A DNA stretch of 10,624 bases from Armatimonadota bacterium. GTDB lineage: Bacteria; Armatimonadota; UBA10988. The stretch covers positions 1 through 10,624 of the forward strand of contig JACRKZ010000184.1 of the NCBI GenBank assembly GCA_016235455.1, written 5' to 3'. Positions 7,636 through 10,624 of this stretch are shown here, one piece after another; within the stretch, counting starts at the first letter, position 1, and every line of letters begins with the position of its first letter. The position numbers and the translations under genes are program-made. The notes under the pieces are model-generated. The model did not search any database. It was given only the letters and a program-made list of their open reading frames with translations, and was not told the DNA's origin.

Positions 7636-8411
7636 GCGGCTGCTCCCTTAGCGGCGTTCGCGATCCGACTGTTGATCAGGTGCGCCGAGTAGCCCGCGCC
7701 GAAGCCGTTGTCGATGTTCACCACAGTCACGCCCGAGGCGCATGAGTTGAGCATGGTGAGCAGCGGCGCCAGTCCGCCAAAGTGGGCACCGTAGCCGACG
7801 CTGGTCGGCACGGCGATGACCGGCGCGGAGACCAGGCCGCCGACCACGCTCGGCAGGGCGCCTTCCATGCCAGCCACACAGACCACGACATTGGCCTCCT
7901 GCAGCAGGTCGGCATGGCGTAGCAAGCGATGGATTCCGGCCACGCCCACATCGGCCAGGCGGTCGACGCGCGAACCCATGGTTTCGGCGGTCAGCGCGGC
8001 CTCGTCGAGCACCGGCAGGTCACTGGTGCCTGCGCAGCAGCAGACGATGTGGCCGACCGGCGCGGGACGTGGGGTGCGGAAGAGTTGGTAGAGGCGAGCG
8101 CCGTCGTGATAGACGCCCTCGAGGCCCTCGGCGGCCAGGCGCTGGGCGGTTTCTGGCCGCATGCGCGTAGCCAGCACACAGCCCTCGCGGTCAGCCAGCA
8201 CGCGGACAATAGCGACGATCTGGTCGTCGGTCTTGCCCGCGCAGAAGATGACCTCGGGGAAACCCGTGCGGAGATGGCGGTGCGTATCGAGCGTGGCGAA
8301 GCGATCCACCTGCTCGATGGGAAGTCGGCGCAGTTGCGCGGTCGCATCATCGATGCCGACTCGGCCCTCGGCGATATCTGCCAAAAGAGCCCTCAGGCCA
8401 GCTTCATCCAT
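7632..8411 (-). CDS. larB: Nickel-pincer nucleotide cofactor biosynthesis protein LarB (NaAD carboxylase/hydrolase, PurE-like)
   Basis: Motifs ATLDTHRHLRTGFPEVIF, AGTSDLPV, DVGVAGIHRL, VAGMEGALPSVVGGLV, PVIAVPTSVGYGA, MLNSCASG, VNIDNGFGA. Start is ATG 8411 or TTG 8417. Confidence 0.95.
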   Translation of the reverse strand: MDEAGLRALLADIAEGRVGIDDATAQLRRLPIEQVDRFATLDTHRHLRTGFPEVIFCAGKTDDQIVAIVRVLADREGCVLATRMRPETAQRLAAEGLEGVYHDGARLYQLFRTPRPAPVGHIVCCCAGTSDLPVLDEAALTAETMGSRVDRLADVGVAGIHRLLRHADLLQEANVVVCVAGMEGALPSVVGGLVSAPVIAVPTSVGYGAHFGGLAPLLTMLNSCASGVTVVNIDNGFGAGYSAHLINSRIANAAKGAAA

Positions 8412-8446
8412 TGCCAACCGTTCTCAGACACCGATCCACGGTGAAG

Positions 8447-8529
8447 TACCGGGGACCGGGCTCGAACCGGTAAGGGCAGTGCCCGCAGGATTTTAAGTCC
8501 CGTGCGTTTACCTATTTCGCCACCCCGGC
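8447..8529 (-). tRNA. tRNA-Leu (anticodon UAA)
   Basis: Acceptor GCCGGGG/CCCCGGT (G1:U72), discriminator A, D arm GCG-AAATAGGTAAA-CGC, anticodon arm CGGGA-CTTAAAA-TCCTG, variable arm GGGCACTGCCC, T loop TTCGAGC. No intron, CCA not encoded. Confidence 0.95.
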
Positions 8530-8617
8530 ATGTAGCCGGTCGCGGCTTCCCTGGGGCTGCCTTCGACCGAAAACCCTCACACCCGGGCCAGCACGGGTAG
8601 GCCCGATTGTGTTACAG

Positions 8618-8689
8618 AGGTGGCGACCAGATTTGAACTGGTGAATGGAGGCTTTGCAGGCCTCTGCCTTACCACTTGGCTACGCCACC
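8618..8689 (-). tRNA. tRNA-Cys (anticodon GCA)
   Basis: Acceptor GGTGGCG/CGCCACC, discriminator U, anticodon arm GAGGC-CTGCAAA-GCCTC, T arm ACCAG-TTCAAAT-CTGGT. CCA not encoded. Confidence 0.96.
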
Positions 8690-8714
8690 GTGACCAGCAG
8701 CAGTAGCTGCTGAG

Positions 8715-8786
8715 AGCGGGAGACGGGGATCGAACCCGCGACCCTCAGTTTGGGAAACTGATGCTCTACCGCTGAGCTACTCCCGC
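8715..8786 (-). tRNA. tRNA-Gly (anticodon CCC)
   Basis: Acceptor GCGGGAG/CTCCCGC, discriminator U, D arm GCTC-AGCGGTA-GAGC, anticodon arm TCAGT-TTCCCAA-ACTGA, T arm GCGGG-TTCGATC-CCCGT. CCA not encoded. Confidence 0.96.
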
Positions 8787-8797
8787 ACGGTGCCCCG

Positions 8798-8826
8798 ATT
8801 ATCTCCGAGCCCTCCCCGCCTGTCAA
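8798..8826 (-). promoter_or_regulatory. sigma70-type promoter of the tRNA cluster
   Basis: Minus strand TTGACA (8826-8821), 17 nt spacer, GATAAT (8803-8798), then a GC-rich discriminator (CGGGGCA); tRNA-Gly begins 11 nt after the -10 box. Confidence 0.75.
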
Positions 8827-8860
8827 GCGCCCGCGCCGCACTTTCGTCGGCCGGCCCGGC

Positions 8861-8889
8861 TTGACGCTGGGCCCGGCGCGCCGTAGCAT
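8861..8889 (+). promoter_or_regulatory. sigma70-type promoter of the tgt-like/methyltransferase unit
   Basis: TTGACG (8861-8866), 17 nt spacer, TAGCAT (8884-8889); ATG at 8899 follows 9 nt later with no Shine-Dalgarno sequence. Confidence 0.65.
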
Positions 8890-8898
8890 CCCGTTGAG

Positions 8899-9999
8899 AT
8901 GACCCGCACACTCGATCTGGCCCACGGCAGCCTTCAACTGCCCGCATTCCTGCCCGACGCCACGCTCGGCGTGGTGCGCGCCGTGGATTCGGCCGACCTC
9001 GAAGCCTGCGGCGTGCAGGCCCTGGTCATGAACGCCTTCCACCTCATGCAGCGGCCCGGCGCCGCGGTGGTCACGGCGCTGGGCGGCGCACACCGTTTCG
9101 CCGGCTGGCAGCGGCCCATCGTGGCCGATTCGGGCGGGTTCCAGGCCTGGTCGATGTTGCGCGACAACCCCAAGCTGGGCTCGGTCAACGACGATGGCAT
9201 GGTCATCAGGTTGCCCGACAGCGACCGCAAGCTACTGCTGACTCCGGAGAAGTGCGTCCAGGTGCAGGTGCGCCTCGGCGTCGATGTGGTCATGTGCCTT
9301 GACGAATGCACCCATGTCGATGACGCGGCGGAGGTCCAGGAGCGCTCGGTGCGCCGCACGATCGCCTGGGCCAGGCGCTGCCGCAGCGAGTTCGACAAGC
9401 TGTGTCGACAGAAGAAGCTGGACGACACACAACGACCCAGGTTGTTCGCCGTCATCCAGGGCGGCGCCTCGCTTCACCTGCGCGGACGCTGCGCTGAGGC
9501 ACTCCTGGAGCTCGGCTTCGATGGCTATGGCTACGGCGGCTGGCCGCTGGACGCCGATGGGAACCTGGTGGCCGAGGTGTTGGCCTTTGTGCGCCAGAGC
9601 ATCCCAGGCCATTTGCCGTTGCACGCGCTGGGCGTCGGTCATCCGCTCAACGTGGCGGATGCCGCGGCGCTGGGCTACGACCTGTTCGACTGCGCGCTGC
9701 CGACTCGCGATGCCCGGCGGGGGCGGGTCTACCAGTTCCTCGACGCGCCGGCCGCCGGTCGGACCGACTGGCTCAGGATGCACTTCCTGACCGACGAGAA
9801 GCACGTCCGGTCGGACCAACCGATCGACCCGACCTGCGATTGCCTGACCTGCACACGCTATGCACGGGGCTACCTGCATCATCTCTACCGCGCCAACGAG
9901 GCCACGTTCCAGCGGCTGGCCACCCTGCACAACGTGCGCTGTCTGACGCGCCTGACCGAGGCGCTGAGGCCGGCTGACGGCTTGGGCGGCCCGGCGTGA
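8899..9999 (+). CDS. tRNA-guanine transglycosylase (TGT) family protein, atypical paralog
   Basis: NAFHL, DSGGFQ (catalytic Asp), MCLDEC, IQGG, LGVG, DLFDCALPTR (nucleophilic Asp), Zn site CDCLTC...LHN. Pocket motifs deviate from canonical bacterial Tgt (PDAT, GGWPLD, HALGVG), so no gene symbol is assigned. Confidence 0.9.
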   Translation: MTRTLDLAHGSLQLPAFLPDATLGVVRAVDSADLEACGVQALVMNAFHLMQRPGAAVVTALGGAHRFAGWQRPIVADSGGFQAWSMLRDNPKLGSVNDDGMVIRLPDSDRKLLLTPEKCVQVQVRLGVDVVMCLDECTHVDDAAEVQERSVRRTIAWARRCRSEFDKLCRQKKLDDTQRPRLFAVIQGGASLHLRGRCAEALLELGFDGYGYGGWPLDADGNLVAEVLAFVRQSIPGHLPLHALGVGHPLNVADAAALGYDLFDCALPTRDARRGRVYQFLDAPAAGRTDWLRMHFLTDEKHVRSDQPIDPTCDCLTCTRYARGYLHHLYRANEATFQRLATLHNVRCLTRLTEALRPADGLGGPA

Positions 10000-10624
10000 G
10001 ACCGACCGACGACCTGGACATCATCGTCGCCTCGGTCAAGGCCGGCGCGGGCTATCGCCTGCTGGCCGACGATCTGGTGCGGTCGGTGGCCGCGACCGAG
10101 ATGACCAAGCGCCGGTCGGCCAAGGAAGCGGTCAAAGCCGCGCGCGCCAAGCTGCACCAACTGGTCGGCGCCTACGACGACCTGCCGCGCGAGGCCGAGG
10201 CCCAACTCGCGTCGGCCGACGAGCACGATCTGCCCGAGGTCGCGCGACGGCTTATGGCCGCGCATGCCTCCACGCGCGAGCGGCTGCCAAGCTACGACCA
10301 GTTCTGGCCGGCGGTGCTCGCCGGCCTCGACCCACCGGGCAGCGTGTTGGACCTGGCGTGCGGCCTCAATCCGCTGAGCGTGGGTCTCAGTGGCCTGCCG
10401 CGCGACACGCTGTATCAGGCCTGCGACGTGCACCTCGGTCTGCTGGCGCTGTGTTCGGCCTACCTGAGCCGGCTCGGTCAGCCGCACGACGTCTTTGCCC
10501 ACGACCTGCTGAGCGGGCCGCCCCAGCGGAGCGCCGACCTGGTCTTGTTGCTCAAGACGGTGCCGTGTCTGGAGCAGGCTGACAAAAGCGCTGGCCGCCG
10601 CCTGCTGGCCGCCATCGAGGCACC
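9996..10624 (+). CDS. 16S rRNA (guanine(1405)-N7)-methyltransferase family protein (FmrO/Sgm/ArmA/Rmt), 3'-truncated by the window edge
   Basis: Not in the ORF track. GTG at 9996 overlaps the tgt-like stop (GTGA) and the frame is open to the end: MRPTDDLDIIVASVKAGAGYRLLADDLVRSVA...AVKAARAKLHQLVGAY...LMAAHASTRERLPSYDQFW...SVLDLACGLNPL...YQACDV...HDLL...ADLVLLLKTVPCLEQ...LLAAIEA. KLHQxxGAY, HASTRERLP, LDLACGLNPL and LLLKxxPCLE are the family's signature motifs. Confidence 0.92.
   Translation, partial: MRPTDDLDIIVASVKAGAGYRLLADDLVRSVAATEMTKRRSAKEAVKAARAKLHQLVGAYDDLPREAEAQLASADEHDLPEVARRLMAAHASTRERLPSYDQFWPAVLAGLDPPGSVLDLACGLNPLSVGLSGLPRDTLYQACDVHLGLLALCSAYLSRLGQPHDVFAHDLLSGPPQRSADLVLLLKTVPCLEQADKSAGRRLLAAIEA

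Noticed and set aside
4809-7692. Long plus-strand ORFs (4809..5888, 6391..7692, 6992..7651)
   Set aside because: Antisense to rng and larC, which carry the conserved motifs.
8447-8529. Group I intron or integration site at tRNA-Leu(UAA)
   Set aside because: The anticodon loop is continuous, there is no integrase, and I saw no duplicated tRNA 3' end.
8680-9093. 137-aa minus-strand ORF
   Set aside because: Runs through tRNA-Gly, both promoters and antisense tgt; spurious.
8899-9999. DpdA/TgtA5-type DNA 7-deazaguanine modification (defence) system
   Set aside because: The protein follows tRNA-TGT architecture throughout, and no dpdB/C, que or restriction genes are in the window.
9885-10582. 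Track ORFs 9885..10502 (-) and 10358..10582 (+)
   Set aside because: Wrong strand or frame; the real gene is the methyltransferase starting at 9996.

Overview
GC-rich bacterial chromosomal window of housekeeping character, with no mobile elements, CRISPR array or long repeats. It holds four transcription units. (1) A minus-strand operon from a sigma70-like promoter at 2857-2886: orphan microcompartment vertex gene (EutN/CcmL), LptA-like periplasmic protein, lptB, and an LptF/LptG permease that runs off the left edge. (2) A divergent exported TlpA-like thiol-disulfide oxidoreductase with a long unassigned N-terminal domain. (3) A minus-strand unit from a promoter at 8798-8826: tRNA-Gly(CCC), tRNA-Cys(GCA), tRNA-Leu(UAA), larB, larC, RNase E/G and an RsbW-like anti-sigma/kinase. 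(4) A divergent, apparently (near-)leaderless unit with an atypical tRNA-guanine transglycosylase (TGT) paralog coupled by a GTGA overlap to an ArmA/Rmt/Sgm-family 16S rRNA m7G1405 methyltransferase, which the ORF track misses and which runs off the right edge. The TGT variant plus methyltransferase pair is the best candidate for an undescribed system. The Lpt genes imply a diderm host; the lineage cannot be determined from this window. All family calls rest on motif recognition by eye, with no database search.
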